Assembly (NCBI RefSeq): GCF_000092465.1 | Contig: NC_014205.1 | Coordinates: forward strand, 840,001-872,000 | Length of the DNA stretch: 32,000 nt | Source of the DNA: Staphylothermus hellenicus DSM 12710 | GTDB taxonomy: Archaea; Thermoproteota; Thermoprotei_A; Sulfolobales; Desulfurococcaceae | Reading direction: 5' to 3' | Part shown: positions 1-9,403 of the stretch, one piece after another | Layout: the number at the start of each line of letters is the position of its first letter | Position numbering within the stretch: position 1 is the stretch's first letter | Notes under the pieces: generated by a model | What the model was told of the DNA's origin: nothing | Database searches by the model: none | Seen by the model: the letters and a program-made list of their open reading frames with translations, nothing else | Made by a program: the position numbers and the translations under genes

Positions 1-72
1 TGGGGTATATAGTATACAGCAGCACTAGCACGAAAGCAATGATCACGACGTATTTCTCTATGCTAGGCACTA

Positions 73-1386
73 TTATGCACCCACAGCTATTCTACCAGGG
101 ATCCTTCTATGCCAAAACAATGTTTTAACACCCATACCTCTAAGCCTCTCAACGACCAGGTTATAGCTTCTGTAAAGCCTATATGCTTCCTCCAGATCCC
201 CTGCATCCCTCCAAGGTTTCGGAGGAATCACTAGTATAGGCTCTACACCTTTATCTATGAGGCTATCAACTAAATCAATGATTTTCCTAGTTGAATGCAG
301 AACCATTGATACAATAACCGCTCTCCCAGAATCACCCATAGCAGAGCCTACGATCACATCTGTTACAGGCTTATCAGGTATAACCCTGTCCTTAACTATT
401 CTTGACAAATAATTTCTAAGCTCCCTAGTTGTTAATGGCTGGATGTACTCGTATAGGTCGAGATCTTTAACAATATTCTTCTCCAAGACAAGATTTATGA
501 AGTATGCTAATAAACTCTTATAGTCTCTGAACAATATTCTTTTCCCACCTGCCATGTCGTAGACATAGTTGAGAGGAATACCCTGCTTAACAACCGTGAC
601 AATAAATGATAATAGCGCTGAAGCTACTGCATCACATGTTGATGGACCAATACATCTAGTATCAAATACTAGGCCTGCATTCTCGCCAAACACTTCCCTA
701 TAATCCTTAATCATCAGTTTTTGTGCACGAGAAGTAGCCTTCCAATCAATACGCTTAACAGGATCACCTGGGACATATTCTCTAGTCTCATAATATACTC
801 CACTACTGCTTCTAAGAGCCGCGGATACGGGGAGTGCTTCGCTGAGAAATACTGAGCCACCTGTTCCGCCTCGGAAGCCTAGTATTCCTAGAGCAACTAT
901 TAGCCAGTACAGTGTTTCCGGTAAAACTTTAAACTCTATTGATGCATCCAAGGTTTTCCTAGAAATAAATAATGATAATGGACTCTTCATCGAAACAATA
1001 ATCTTGGACAACCTATATATCCCACTATGCTTAAACGAAGCTTTAGCCCTGACTTTTATGCGTTTCTCTATTTTCTCGAAACCGATTATTTTTATCCATT
1101 TAGGCAATACTCTCTGATCCATATTGACTGTTCTCCTACTACAATTAATTACAAGGTTAAATACTGGCTTCTCCCAAACCCATAGCCTCTTATGCAGTTT
1201 AGGCTCACACGAGCACCTTGTCCTCCTCGATGTTATCATGAAAACTGCTAGGTCTGAGAGAATAATTGCTATGGTAAGTATGGATGCTGTATAGAATATG
1301 GGGTCGCCTACAATTATTGATAACGGTATCAAAACTGCTTCCAAGAATAATGCTCCTACTCCACGCTGACTAATATTTATGCTCAA
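73..1386 (-). CDS. DUF58 family protein (vWA-like partner of MoxR) with N-terminal membrane anchor
   Basis: 437-aa ORF with the hallmark DUF58 motif REYVPGDPVKRIDWKATSRAQKLMIKDY. Two hydrophobic N-terminal helices. The TTG start forms a TTGA overlap with the stop of the upstream MoxR ORF. Confidence 0.85.
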   Translation of the reverse strand: MSINISQRGVGALFLEAVLIPLSIIVGDPIFYTASILTIAIILSDLAVFMITSRRTRCSCEPKLHKRLWVWEKPVFNLVINCSRRTVNMDQRVLPKWIKIIGFEKIEKRIKVRAKASFKHSGIYRLSKIIVSMKSPLSLFISRKTLDASIEFKVLPETLYWLIVALGILGFRGGTGGSVFLSEALPVSAALRSSSGVYYETREYVPGDPVKRIDWKATSRAQKLMIKDYREVFGENAGLVFDTRCIGPSTCDAVASALLSFIVTVVKQGIPLNYVYDMAGGKRILFRDYKSLLAYFINLVLEKNIVKDLDLYEYIQPLTTRELRNYLSRIVKDRVIPDKPVTDVIVGSAMGDSGRAVIVSMVLHSTRKIIDLVDSLIDKGVEPILVIPPKPWRDAGDLEEAYRLYRSYNLVVERLRGMGVKTLFWHRRIPGRIAVGA

Positions 1387-2321
1387 ATCTTCGGTACCTC
1401 TACTTCCCCGAGTACTCTGGAGATAATGCTTGATTGATCAATTCCTTCAGCTTGATACTCGGGCTTTAAAACTATTCTATGATACAGTGTGTAGGGGGCG
1501 AGATATTTTACATGATCAGGTATTACATAGTCCATGCCATTTATAAATGCCAGTGCTCTACTACCCTTATACAACCATATAGATGCTCTGGGGGATGGGC
1601 CGAGTAATACTTCCTCACTATTCCTAATACTATATACTATGTCCACAATGTATTTCCTAATAGATGGTGCTACATGGATCCCCCTAACCATCTTCTGCAT
1701 CTCACCAATATCTCTAGGCGACAATATACTGTCTATTCTCGCCTCATCAATAATGTCTATCCTAGACAACAACCCCATCTCAACACTTGGCTCAAGATAG
1801 GATAATCTACATGAATAAGCAAATCTATCTATGAGAACAGGTGTTAGGGGGTATGTGCCCTCAGAACCCACAGGCATCTGTGTAGCAACAACTAGGAAAG
1901 GTTTTGGGAGAGAAAATGTTGTTCCCTCAATACTAACCTGCTTCTCCTGCATAGCCTCTAATAAGGCGCTCTGAGTTCTTGGAGGAGCCCTGTTAAGCTC
2001 GTCGACAAATAATACATTAGAGAACACAGGGCCCTTCCTAAGAACCCACTCACCCTTCTTCATATCATAGAAATACGTTCCAAGAATATCTGAAGGCAAC
2101 AAATCAGGTGTCATTTGAACCCTTCTAAATACCCCTCCAATTGCTTGTGAGAATAGTTTTGCAACAGTGGTTTTACCAACACCTGGTGGTCCCTCAATTA
2201 ATATGTGTCCTTCGCTGAGCAGAGCTATTGCTAAAAGGTTTAATAGATCTTCATAGCCTAGGAAATACTTCCTTATAGCTTCAAGTACATTGGAAATATT
2301 CTTAGCCTCCTCCTCACCCAT
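1383..2321 (-). CDS. MoxR-family AAA+ ATPase
   Basis: Walker A GPPGVGKT, Walker B LFVDELNRAPPRTQSALLEAMQE, and MoxR-type C-terminal lid. The ORF is open to a TTG at 2330, but the ATG at 2321 follows a GAGGAGG box by 9 nt and overlaps the upstream stop (ATGGGTGA), so I prefer it. Confidence 0.93.
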   Translation of the reverse strand: MGEEEAKNISNVLEAIRKYFLGYEDLLNLLAIALLSEGHILIEGPPGVGKTTVAKLFSQAIGGVFRRVQMTPDLLPSDILGTYFYDMKKGEWVLRKGPVFSNVLFVDELNRAPPRTQSALLEAMQEKQVSIEGTTFSLPKPFLVVATQMPVGSEGTYPLTPVLIDRFAYSCRLSYLEPSVEMGLLSRIDIIDEARIDSILSPRDIGEMQKMVRGIHVAPSIRKYIVDIVYSIRNSEEVLLGPSPRASIWLYKGSRALAFINGMDYVIPDHVKYLAPYTLYHRIVLKPEYQAEGIDQSSIISRVLGEVEVPKI

Positions 2322-3300
2322 CTGACTCAACCTCCTCTATGAGCTTTTGAAGTACATGTGGATCCCATGTGGGGTGTTGTAGAATAATTTTTTCCACAAT
2401 TTTCTTAGCTTCAAGGCTGCTTGTTTTTCTCCCAGTGATCTCGTTGTAGAAGTATTTGCCGGCATAATAACTGGTTATGCTGAGAACAATGGCTACAGGG
2501 TATCTAAGCGATGTTGTAAGCAACAATGTCACCGTGTAGGCTAGGTTATTCCTTAATATGGTGTATGGGCTTAAAAACAATTTATCAGTTACAACATATA
2601 CCTTGTTATCACTTATTATTTCCTTTATGAAAGCCTTGTTGTCTCCTTTATTGATCATTGAGTTTATGAGTATGCTTGAATCAGAGATAACATAGATTGT
2701 GCCCTTACCTATATGTCTCATATAGACTGTGCAGAAGGGGCCATATGGCTCGTCGGGGTCGTGTTTCTTATTCATATTAGTGTCTATATAGCTGAAAAAA
2801 GATGAATACCCAATACACTTACCCCCTCCACTAGGGGCTTCTATGAATGAGCCATAATCATAGTAGATTCTAAGCGTAGTATTCTCCACGCTAACACTTA
2901 CCTGTGGCAAATACATTGAACGATACTTAAACAATGGATCAGCAAGCAGTGACCCATTAATCCAGATATTTAAACCCATATATTTAAGCAGAGAATTAGC
3001 GGAGCCGAAATCATCAGCTACAACTAGGACACCGCCCCTACTAACATAGTTTGCCAAAATACTTGCTTCTCCACGTGTAAAATTCTTGCTGGGACCAATA
3101 ATAAATAATATACTTCCACCACGGAGATTCTGCACATTACTTACTGTTATGGGTTGTGCTCCAAAATATTCTTTAAAAAGACTCATTCCATTCCATAATG
3201 GATTATCGAGCGCGAAATCATCTATGGAGGGGACAAAAGCCATTACCAATAGGAACAATGCTAAGGCAAGCAAGATCCCATACATAATAGTTTTCCTCAC
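2314..3300 (-). CDS. DUF4350-like exported/membrane protein (GldG / ABC_transp_aux-like fold)
   Basis: 328-aa ORF with an N-terminal signal-anchor and a C-terminal TM helix. The segment GGSILFIIGPSKNFTRGEASILANYVSRGGVLVVADDFG resembles DUF4350 as I remember the family. Its position between a DUF4129 protein and MoxR is the typical neighbourhood. GTG start overlaps the upstream stop (TAGTG); an alternative ATG lies at 3285. Confidence 0.6.
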   Translation of the reverse strand: MRKTIMYGILLALALFLLVMAFVPSIDDFALDNPLWNGMSLFKEYFGAQPITVSNVQNLRGGSILFIIGPSKNFTRGEASILANYVSRGGVLVVADDFGSANSLLKYMGLNIWINGSLLADPLFKYRSMYLPQVSVSVENTTLRIYYDYGSFIEAPSGGGKCIGYSSFFSYIDTNMNKKHDPDEPYGPFCTVYMRHIGKGTIYVISDSSILINSMINKGDNKAFIKEIISDNKVYVVTDKLFLSPYTILRNNLAYTVTLLLTTSLRYPVAIVLSITSYYAGKYFYNEITGRKTSSLEAKKIVEKIILQHPTWDPHVLQKLIEEVESDG

Positions 3301-5177
3301 TACCCCCCACCCCTTATCCTCTCCAAGTATTCCTTCAAAACCATGACTAGATCCCTGAGCATTCTGTGAAGCGGGCTAATGAATTTATCCTGGAGATATC
3401 TTGATCCACCATAAGCGATCCTCTCTAATCCCATGAATACTTTTTCAACAAGTGAATAAAGATTTCTCGGTAAATTATTCCTTATAGATGAGAGGTATTC
3501 TCTAAAAGTATAGCTACCCCTAAACCTTACACCACTAATACTCTCAATAACCAATACCAGATCCCTGTACAGGGGGAGAATAAGTCTACTAATATTCTCC
3601 GGTAGAAAACTCCTTGTAGGAGGAGATACTATAACATGTTGCTCCGGCTTAAGGGGAGTTATTGGAGTTGTTACTATTAGGGTTTTCCTCCTCGTATACA
3701 CTATGTATATTGCTAATGCAGTAATGGGGAGAACAGATAATGCGATTGCAGGAGTATTATAGGTATTCATATGTGCAACAAGTATTTTACTCCTATATCT
3801 TTGGTCAAGAGGCGTTATCTTAACCAGTAATCCAAGCTCTGTACCTAGGTAAGTATGTGGAACAGCTATTTCCGCCTCAACACTTCCCCCCTTCCCTTCA
3901 AAACTATATCCCAATACATCACTTGATACAGTAATTATTGAGTCAACATTACATAATACATTGATTGTGTAGGGTATTCCTGTGAGAACATATTTTGGAG
4001 CATCAACCACTACATCGGGATCAAGCTTGTATACTTTAAAGTAGGCCTTTGCATAAGCAGGCCCAATACTATCATTAGGTAGGCTTTTAACAGATACTGC
4101 ATAGGTTCCCTCACTAGTATTTAGTGGTACTTGGAAACTAAGTGTTACAGAGCCGTTGCTGGAGCTTAGCTTCAACTCCTTTGTGAAAGGTGTCTGAACT
4201 ATTAGTTGCAGGTTTGGAAGGGTCTTAATATGGAGAAATATAGTGTCTCCTGGGAGCACTGATTTATTATATAGTTCTAATATAATCGATGGCTTAATAA
4301 AATATATTGTTAAATATACTATGTTTGATCTACTATACTTATACTTATTGTAATCACTACCTCTCGGAACATATTCAGCATATACTTTGACTATGCGCTC
4401 ATATATGTTGATCTCCCTACGTATTGTGAAGGATCCGTTTACATCAGTTAGTGTTTCTAGCGAGGTTCCACCTATATGTATGATTATGGATCTATTTGCG
4501 AGGGGATTATTCCATTCATCCACTAGGTATCCTTGAATAGTTATTGTGTCTCCAACAGTTATATTGTGTGGATTAACAGTTATTTGGAGAAATGTTTCAG
4601 CTAGATTCCCTAATTTCTCCAAGCTATTCTTAAGACTCAGTAGTTCTCTTTCAAGCTTATCTAGTGAATCACTTATTCTCGACAATATTGTGTCTAGTTT
4701 TTGGAGGGGTATGCCGAGACTTGTTAGGTCTCTTGCCACTGTTGATAGCTCATCATATATGATCTTTGCCTTTGTAAGGTTAAGTATTCCCTCCGATATA
4801 AGTTTCTTTGCAAGGGATATGTTTGATTTATTAATAGCTTTCTCTGCAGAACTTATACAGTTCCTAGTATTATTCTCATAACCTATGAGATCATTGATTA
4901 GATTATTGAATCTATCAATAATGTATTTAAGATTTTCAGGAACATACACATTTGATATAAGTGATAAATTGTTCTTGGCTGATGAGAAATCATATTTGCT
5001 GATTGAATCAGCTACACTCATATATAGTATTAACAATTCTGTTGGCGAAGGCCCCTCTTCATGTGCATTTGAGGGATCAATGTGTCTCGGAGGCTTAGGG
5101 ATGCTTGTTATGGCTGGTGATAAAATACCTAGAATAATAATTGCTGATAATATCAGCCATGCTGCAACCTTATTCAT
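3300..5177 (-). CDS. Large single-pass surface protein: coiled-coil, Ig/CarboxypepD_reg-like beta domains, TM helix and cytoplasmic DUF4129-like tail
   Basis: 625-aa ORF with an N-terminal signal/anchor (AAWLILSAIIILGIL) and a helical heptad-like region. A beta-rich region includes TVGDTITIQGYLVDEWNNPLANRSIIIHIGGTSLETLTDVNGSF. A TM helix (ALSVLPITALAIYIVY) is followed by RRK. The C-terminus SYTFREYLSSIRN...LERIAYGG matches the DUF4129 pattern. The ectodomain has many N-x-S/T sequons. Confidence 0.7.
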   Translation of the reverse strand: MNKVAAWLILSAIIILGILSPAITSIPKPPRHIDPSNAHEEGPSPTELLILYMSVADSISKYDFSSAKNNLSLISNVYVPENLKYIIDRFNNLINDLIGYENNTRNCISSAEKAINKSNISLAKKLISEGILNLTKAKIIYDELSTVARDLTSLGIPLQKLDTILSRISDSLDKLERELLSLKNSLEKLGNLAETFLQITVNPHNITVGDTITIQGYLVDEWNNPLANRSIIIHIGGTSLETLTDVNGSFTIRREINIYERIVKVYAEYVPRGSDYNKYKYSRSNIVYLTIYFIKPSIILELYNKSVLPGDTIFLHIKTLPNLQLIVQTPFTKELKLSSSNGSVTLSFQVPLNTSEGTYAVSVKSLPNDSIGPAYAKAYFKVYKLDPDVVVDAPKYVLTGIPYTINVLCNVDSIITVSSDVLGYSFEGKGGSVEAEIAVPHTYLGTELGLLVKITPLDQRYRSKILVAHMNTYNTPAIALSVLPITALAIYIVYTRRKTLIVTTPITPLKPEQHVIVSPPTRSFLPENISRLILPLYRDLVLVIESISGVRFRGSYTFREYLSSIRNNLPRNLYSLVEKVFMGLERIAYGGSRYLQDKFISPLHRMLRDLVMVLKEYLERIRGGG

Positions 5178-5425
5178 TAATAAAGCACCTCTGCTATCCT
5201 GTAGCCAATAATTATTGTGAAGATTATTAGGAGTATGAGCATTAACCAGTCAAACCCTCTCCTCCTAGGTCTGAGAACAGCTTTAACAACAACGTATTCC
5301 AATATATATAATGCTATATAAGCATCAACTCTGCTTTCTCCAAGGCTCCATAAAGCATATGTTGTTAAAATTATGAGTATTGATAGGATAGTGTTTGATA
5401 AATATGATCTATCCAATAAGATCAC
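5177..5425 (-). CDS. Small polytopic membrane protein (82 aa), function unknown
   Basis: Three hydrophobic segments. GTGA and TAATG overlaps couple it to both neighbours in the operon. Confidence 0.6.
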   Translation of the reverse strand: MILLDRSYLSNTILSILIILTTYALWSLGESRVDAYIALYILEYVVVKAVLRPRRRGFDWLMLILLIIFTIIIGYRIAEVLY

Positions 5426-6108
5426 CTAAGCTTCCCAACCACTATTCTCCGCCCACCCCCTCTCTTCTCATCAACTAATAGAACAGCCTTACCCGTTCCC
5501 AGCATTGATGCTATGGATGAAACTATTATACCATATATGCTTCCAATAGATTTTTCAAGGCTTGCAGGAGATGATATTTTAGGTTTATCAATATCCACAA
5601 CTACTTGTTCATCAGAGTCCACGCATCTAGTATTCTCAGCTATTCCGAGATATTCTGTAACTACATAGTCTATTGCTGAGCATATATCATTGTATCCCTC
5701 AATGATCCCCCTAGATATTGGTGATCTCAGTATAAGTATTGGCTCGTTATCCTTGTTGAAGATTATCATGGTCTTCGATGGATCAGTATCTATGGTTTCA
5801 TCCAAGTTGTTGCCAGCATAAATATATACTTCTCCATTAATGCACCTATACAGGTTCGAACTACCAATACCCATTGCTTCAACTAGTCTTGCAATATTTG
5901 ATAATGCATACTCTATAAATAATAAAACCTCTCTCCTCCCAATAGTCTCCTCAGGTGTCAGATACATTGATGCACCAATAATTACTAGTCCAAACCATAA
6001 TGCAAATAATGGATTAAAACCCATGAAGAAATACGTTAAACCAGCTAGTATAGAACCAGTAATCATTAATAATAATCCTATTTTCTGATAAACCCTTACC
6101 AACAGCAT
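5422..6108 (-). CDS. Membrane-anchored protein (228 aa), function unknown; first gene of the MoxR operon
   Basis: ATG start, two N-terminal TM helices, then a soluble domain. Its stop overlaps the next ORF. I recognise no family. Confidence 0.7.
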   Translation of the reverse strand: MLLVRVYQKIGLLLMITGSILAGLTYFFMGFNPLFALWFGLVIIGASMYLTPEETIGRREVLLFIEYALSNIARLVEAMGIGSSNLYRCINGEVYIYAGNNLDETIDTDPSKTMIIFNKDNEPILILRSPISRGIIEGYNDICSAIDYVVTEYLGIAENTRCVDSDEQVVVDIDKPKISSPASLEKSIGSIYGIIVSSIASMLGTGKAVLLVDEKRGGGRRIVVGKLR

Positions 6109-6134
6109 CCTTCCCCAGCATCTATAAATAACAA

Positions 6135-7232
6135 TTGAATACTTTAAATAATTTAATTAATAGTTCGCTTTTAAACACTATTGGTAAAGGATCATTTATT
6201 CTACGATATAAATTCTTATATATTTATAGGATAGATCATAGAGTAGATGAGAATACTATATGCTCCCGGGAGAGAGCGCTGAAAGATTTGGGAAGCGAAG
6301 ACAGCTTGAGAAATTTAACGGTTCTAATACCTGTTCTGAATGAAGCTAAGGCTATTGGTAAGGTTCTTGACGAGGTTCTCAATGTAGGTGTTCCTAGGGA
6401 GAATATTATTGTGGTTGATGGTGGTAGTAGTGATGGGACAGTTGAGATAGCTAGATCTAGGAATGTAGAGGTTATTCCTCAAGAGGGTAAAGGCAAAGCC
6501 TTGGCTATTAAGACTGGGTTGAAACATGTTAGTACACCCTATGTTCTAGTAATGGATGGTGACTATACTTATCCAGCCAAGCACATAATAGATCTTTATA
6601 AAAAGATTATGAATGAAGGCCACGACCTAGTTATTGGTTCTAGAAGATTTCACAGCCCTGTCCAAACACGTATATATAGGATTGGAAACTTGTTCCTAAC
6701 AAAACTATTCAACCTATTATTCGGCACAGGCTTAACAGATATATTGAGCGGAATGTATATTGCTAAGACAGAGAAGCTGAGGGAGATAATGTTTGAGATG
6801 CCCCATTTCAGTGTTGAGTCTGAAATAGTTGCACATGTAGCATCAACAACTGGTAGGATAGCTGAGATACCAATTAATTATAGGAGAAGACTGGGAGAGA
6901 AGAAGCTGAGTGTTAAGCATGGAATAGGAATAGCTAGGGATATGATTAGGCTTACATGGAGATATAACCCTGCATTCTTCATATTCATCCTAGGATCACT
7001 ACTCCTAATACCAGGACTACTACTAGGTGGCTGGGTTGCCTACCACTATTTCTTCGTGGGGATAAAATACTATGTTAAAGGACTAGTAGCAATAATACTA
7101 ACCGCTGCCGGCTTCACATCCCTACTACTAGCAGTAATGGCTCTATACACGAAGAGAATAGAGATGAGGATGCAGAAGAGAATGGATGAAATAGAACAAT
7201 TAATCGAAGAATACCTTAATAGAAAAAGTTGA
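6135..7232 (+). CDS. GT2 glycosyltransferase, dolichyl-phosphate hexose synthase-like (Dpm1/AglD-like) with C-terminal TM helices
   Basis: Motifs LTVLIPVLNEAKAIG, VVDGGSSDGT and LVMDGDYTYP (DxD), plus two C-terminal TM helices. The true start is uncertain. The first ~50 codons are AT-rich and promoter-like (TATA-like boxes near 6123-6130 and 6205-6230) and contain no in-frame ATG. In-frame TTG codons at 6288 and 6306 are more plausible starts. Confidence 0.85.
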   Translation: MNTLNNLINSSLLNTIGKGSFILRYKFLYIYRIDHRVDENTICSRERALKDLGSEDSLRNLTVLIPVLNEAKAIGKVLDEVLNVGVPRENIIVVDGGSSDGTVEIARSRNVEVIPQEGKGKALAIKTGLKHVSTPYVLVMDGDYTYPAKHIIDLYKKIMNEGHDLVIGSRRFHSPVQTRIYRIGNLFLTKLFNLLFGTGLTDILSGMYIAKTEKLREIMFEMPHFSVESEIVAHVASTTGRIAEIPINYRRRLGEKKLSVKHGIGIARDMIRLTWRYNPAFFIFILGSLLLIPGLLLGGWVAYHYFFVGIKYYVKGLVAIILTAAGFTSLLLAVMALYTKRIEMRMQKRMDEIEQLIEEYLNRKS

Positions 7233-7262
7233 CAAGAAATAGATTCATTGCTCATTCTATTT

Positions 7263-8741
7263 TTATTGGAAGAAAATGTCTATTAATCCTCCAAGTCTCT
7301 CATATATTTTCCCCGTCTTCTCTCTTCCAAGGAAAGCATATGCTATCTCCCTTAGATCACTTTTAAATATTACTTTTATCCTACCATATAATAAATAGCT
7401 TAAACTTACAAGGAATACTGCTAGGAGCCAGTGTATATGGAATATATAGGCTAGGAATCCTAGGAGGATTGGTGGTGCGAGGATCTTTCCTAGAAGCCCC
7501 CAATTCATATTGAACCCTATATGTCTAGCTAGGAATACTGCATATAATAAACCAATATATGATCCTATAGTGTAAGAGTATGCTGCGCCCAAACCACCCA
7601 TCATGGGGACTAAGAGCATGTATAGTATGAGTCTAGGAATATTTATGGATAAGCCAAGATACAATATGTTCCAGTACATTTTATAGGAGTATGCTAAACT
7701 ATTAACAACAGCATAGTAGCTTAGAGGGATGAAGCCTAGGAGGAGCACAACCAAGGTAGTTGAAGCACTAACATATTCTCTGCCCAGAAGACTTAGAGGG
7801 AGCCATGGATAAAAAATGAAATAAACAGCTATAGGCGTAATTATTCCCAAACTAATCCTTAAAACCCTAGAAGCAGCTTCCTCACGCCCACTACTAAGAC
7901 CGCTCAATACTGGTAGGAGCAGACCTAGTATGCTGAAACCTATACCTAGAGTGAAACCGGAGATCGCGAATGCTACATAGTAGTAGCCAGTTTCAGAAGC
8001 ACCACTACTACCATAAACAACTAATACACCAATCCACTGACCAGCCAAAGCTACTACTCCTGGAAGCCAAGAAACAATACTACCCCTAAGAACCTCCACT
8101 AAAACACCTATATCGAAAGTTTTCGATAAACCATAAGATCTAAGCAGATAAGTAAAACCTACAGCAAACATTGAGAATGGCATGAACAAGTATCCTAGAA
8201 CAGCACCCGCAAAACCCCACCCAATCCATACAAGGAATACTCCAACAATAATCTTCAAAGCATTACCCAATATAGATGCTATAGAGACTATATCTGTTCT
8301 AAGCATAGATACTAGTGCAGAAGAAATAGTAGTTGATGATCCAAGCATTACAAGTAAACCAGTATAAAACAACATAGCAGGGGTGAAGCCGGAAAAAGAT
8401 AAACCAGCTAAGCCAAAAGCTACCAGTGAGCCTCCAATACCAAAATATACTATAAACGAGAAATACGTTGTCGTCCAAAAATATTTACGGAAACACACGG
8501 GATCATTCCTGCCAATACATATACCTAGGAAATGCTGCAACCCAACATTTATTCCCAAATTAGCCAATCCATTTATCAATCCAGCCAAGCCAACTGTTAC
8601 AGATGTTAAGCCCAGAATAGATGAACCAGCAATACTTGAAATAATCAACCAATAAATAAATCCCCCGAAATTATTAGCAATCCTCGAAACATATAGCCAA
8701 AAACCACCCCTAATAACCTTGGAAGTACTTGAACCACCCAT
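7263..8741 (-). CDS. MOP/Wzx-type oligosaccharide flippase (polysaccharide biosynthesis protein family)
   Basis: 492-aa ORF with about 12-14 TM helices. The N-terminus (KVIRGGFWLYVSRIANNFGGFIYWLIISSIAGSSILG) is typical of the Polysacc_synt/MOP family. It sits in a glycan cluster. Confidence 0.8.
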   Translation of the reverse strand: MGGSSTSKVIRGGFWLYVSRIANNFGGFIYWLIISSIAGSSILGLTSVTVGLAGLINGLANLGINVGLQHFLGICIGRNDPVCFRKYFWTTTYFSFIVYFGIGGSLVAFGLAGLSFSGFTPAMLFYTGLLVMLGSSTTISSALVSMLRTDIVSIASILGNALKIIVGVFLVWIGWGFAGAVLGYLFMPFSMFAVGFTYLLRSYGLSKTFDIGVLVEVLRGSIVSWLPGVVALAGQWIGVLVVYGSSGASETGYYYVAFAISGFTLGIGFSILGLLLPVLSGLSSGREEAASRVLRISLGIITPIAVYFIFYPWLPLSLLGREYVSASTTLVVLLLGFIPLSYYAVVNSLAYSYKMYWNILYLGLSINIPRLILYMLLVPMMGGLGAAYSYTIGSYIGLLYAVFLARHIGFNMNWGLLGKILAPPILLGFLAYIFHIHWLLAVFLVSLSYLLYGRIKVIFKSDLREIAYAFLGREKTGKIYERLGGLIDIFFQ

Positions 8742-8841
8742 CTAAACTCACACAATACACCAACTTGAACCAAACAATATTCCTCAACAACTAATCAACA
8801 TAAAGATAATAAACAATAAATTATTTATTCTCCAACCCCAC

Positions 8842-8847
8842 TATAAA
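8842..8847 (+). promoter_or_regulatory. TATA-like box upstream of the 8871 ATG
   Basis: TATAAA lies about 26 nt upstream of the second in-frame ATG (8871) of the 8847-9305 ORF, which fits a leaderless archaeal transcript. Confidence 0.3.
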
Positions 8848-9305
8848 TGATCAAGAGGTGCTCTAAGAAAATGACAGTTATAGTGGCTGGCCTAGCCGAG
8901 AAGTTGGGGGAGGGGCTGGGCCAGCAAATAATCGGGAAAGCTGAATCTATAGTTGCAGAAATAATCCTCCCCAAAAAGATAACAAGCAACATTATCGGGA
9001 AATATATTAGGAAAGCAATCCAGAACCATACATGGTATAATTTACCAAGGGAATCCAGAATACTCCTCATACTAACCAGGCGTTTACCCATAATAAAATC
9101 CCCAATTCTCAAAAATATTCTGAGAAAAATCTTCCTAAAAATAGAACTAGCTACAACACGTGGAAAAGCAATTTTCTACGGAGCAATAATAGCAATGAAA
9201 AACGGGATCCAAAGCCTAAAAAACCTCATCCACAACGCCAAGAGATTATTAACACTAGGAATATTCTACCTAAACAACCCAACACACTACAGAATATATG
9301 GCTAA
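8847..9305 (+). CDS. Hypothetical basic helical protein (152 aa; 144 aa if started at 8871)
   Basis: I chose the plus strand over the antisense 8825-9112 ORF because the plus strand carries the A-rich coding bias seen in neighbouring plus-strand genes. No recognisable domain. Confidence 0.45.
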   Translation: MIKRCSKKMTVIVAGLAEKLGEGLGQQIIGKAESIVAEIILPKKITSNIIGKYIRKAIQNHTWYNLPRESRILLILTRRLPIIKSPILKNILRKIFLKIELATTRGKAIFYGAIIAMKNGIQSLKNLIHNAKRLLTLGIFYLNNPTHYRIYG

Positions 9306-9403
9306 AACAATCCAAGCCCATAAGTATTGCACCATGTGCTTGAAATACGAAAGATTTAGTCTAAAGGAGTAAGAGGCTTCGAAGACTTCACCAAATACAT
9401 TAG

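Noticed and set aside
1-70. Possible start of a further minus-strand gene (GTG at 70-68, reading VPSIEKYVVIIAFVLVLLYTIYP... off the left edge)
   Set aside because: Only 23 codons are visible. The hydrophobic helix is compatible with another operon member, but there is too little sequence to support a call.
1534-8655. Plus-strand ORFs 1534-1800, 3086-3346, 4546-4881, 4885-5211, 5840-6088, 8182-8367 and 8383-8655, and minus-strand ORFs 6324-6527 and 7070-7255
   Set aside because: All lie entirely inside, and antisense to, longer ORFs with clear family motifs (MoxR, DUF4350-like, DUF4129 protein, GT2, flippase). They are low-complexity shadow translations.
8825-9112. Minus-strand 95-aa ORF with one hydrophobic helix
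   Set aside because: It overlaps the longer plus-strand ORF 8847-9305, and the plus strand carries the A-rich coding bias of the neighbouring plus-strand genes. It cannot be fully excluded.
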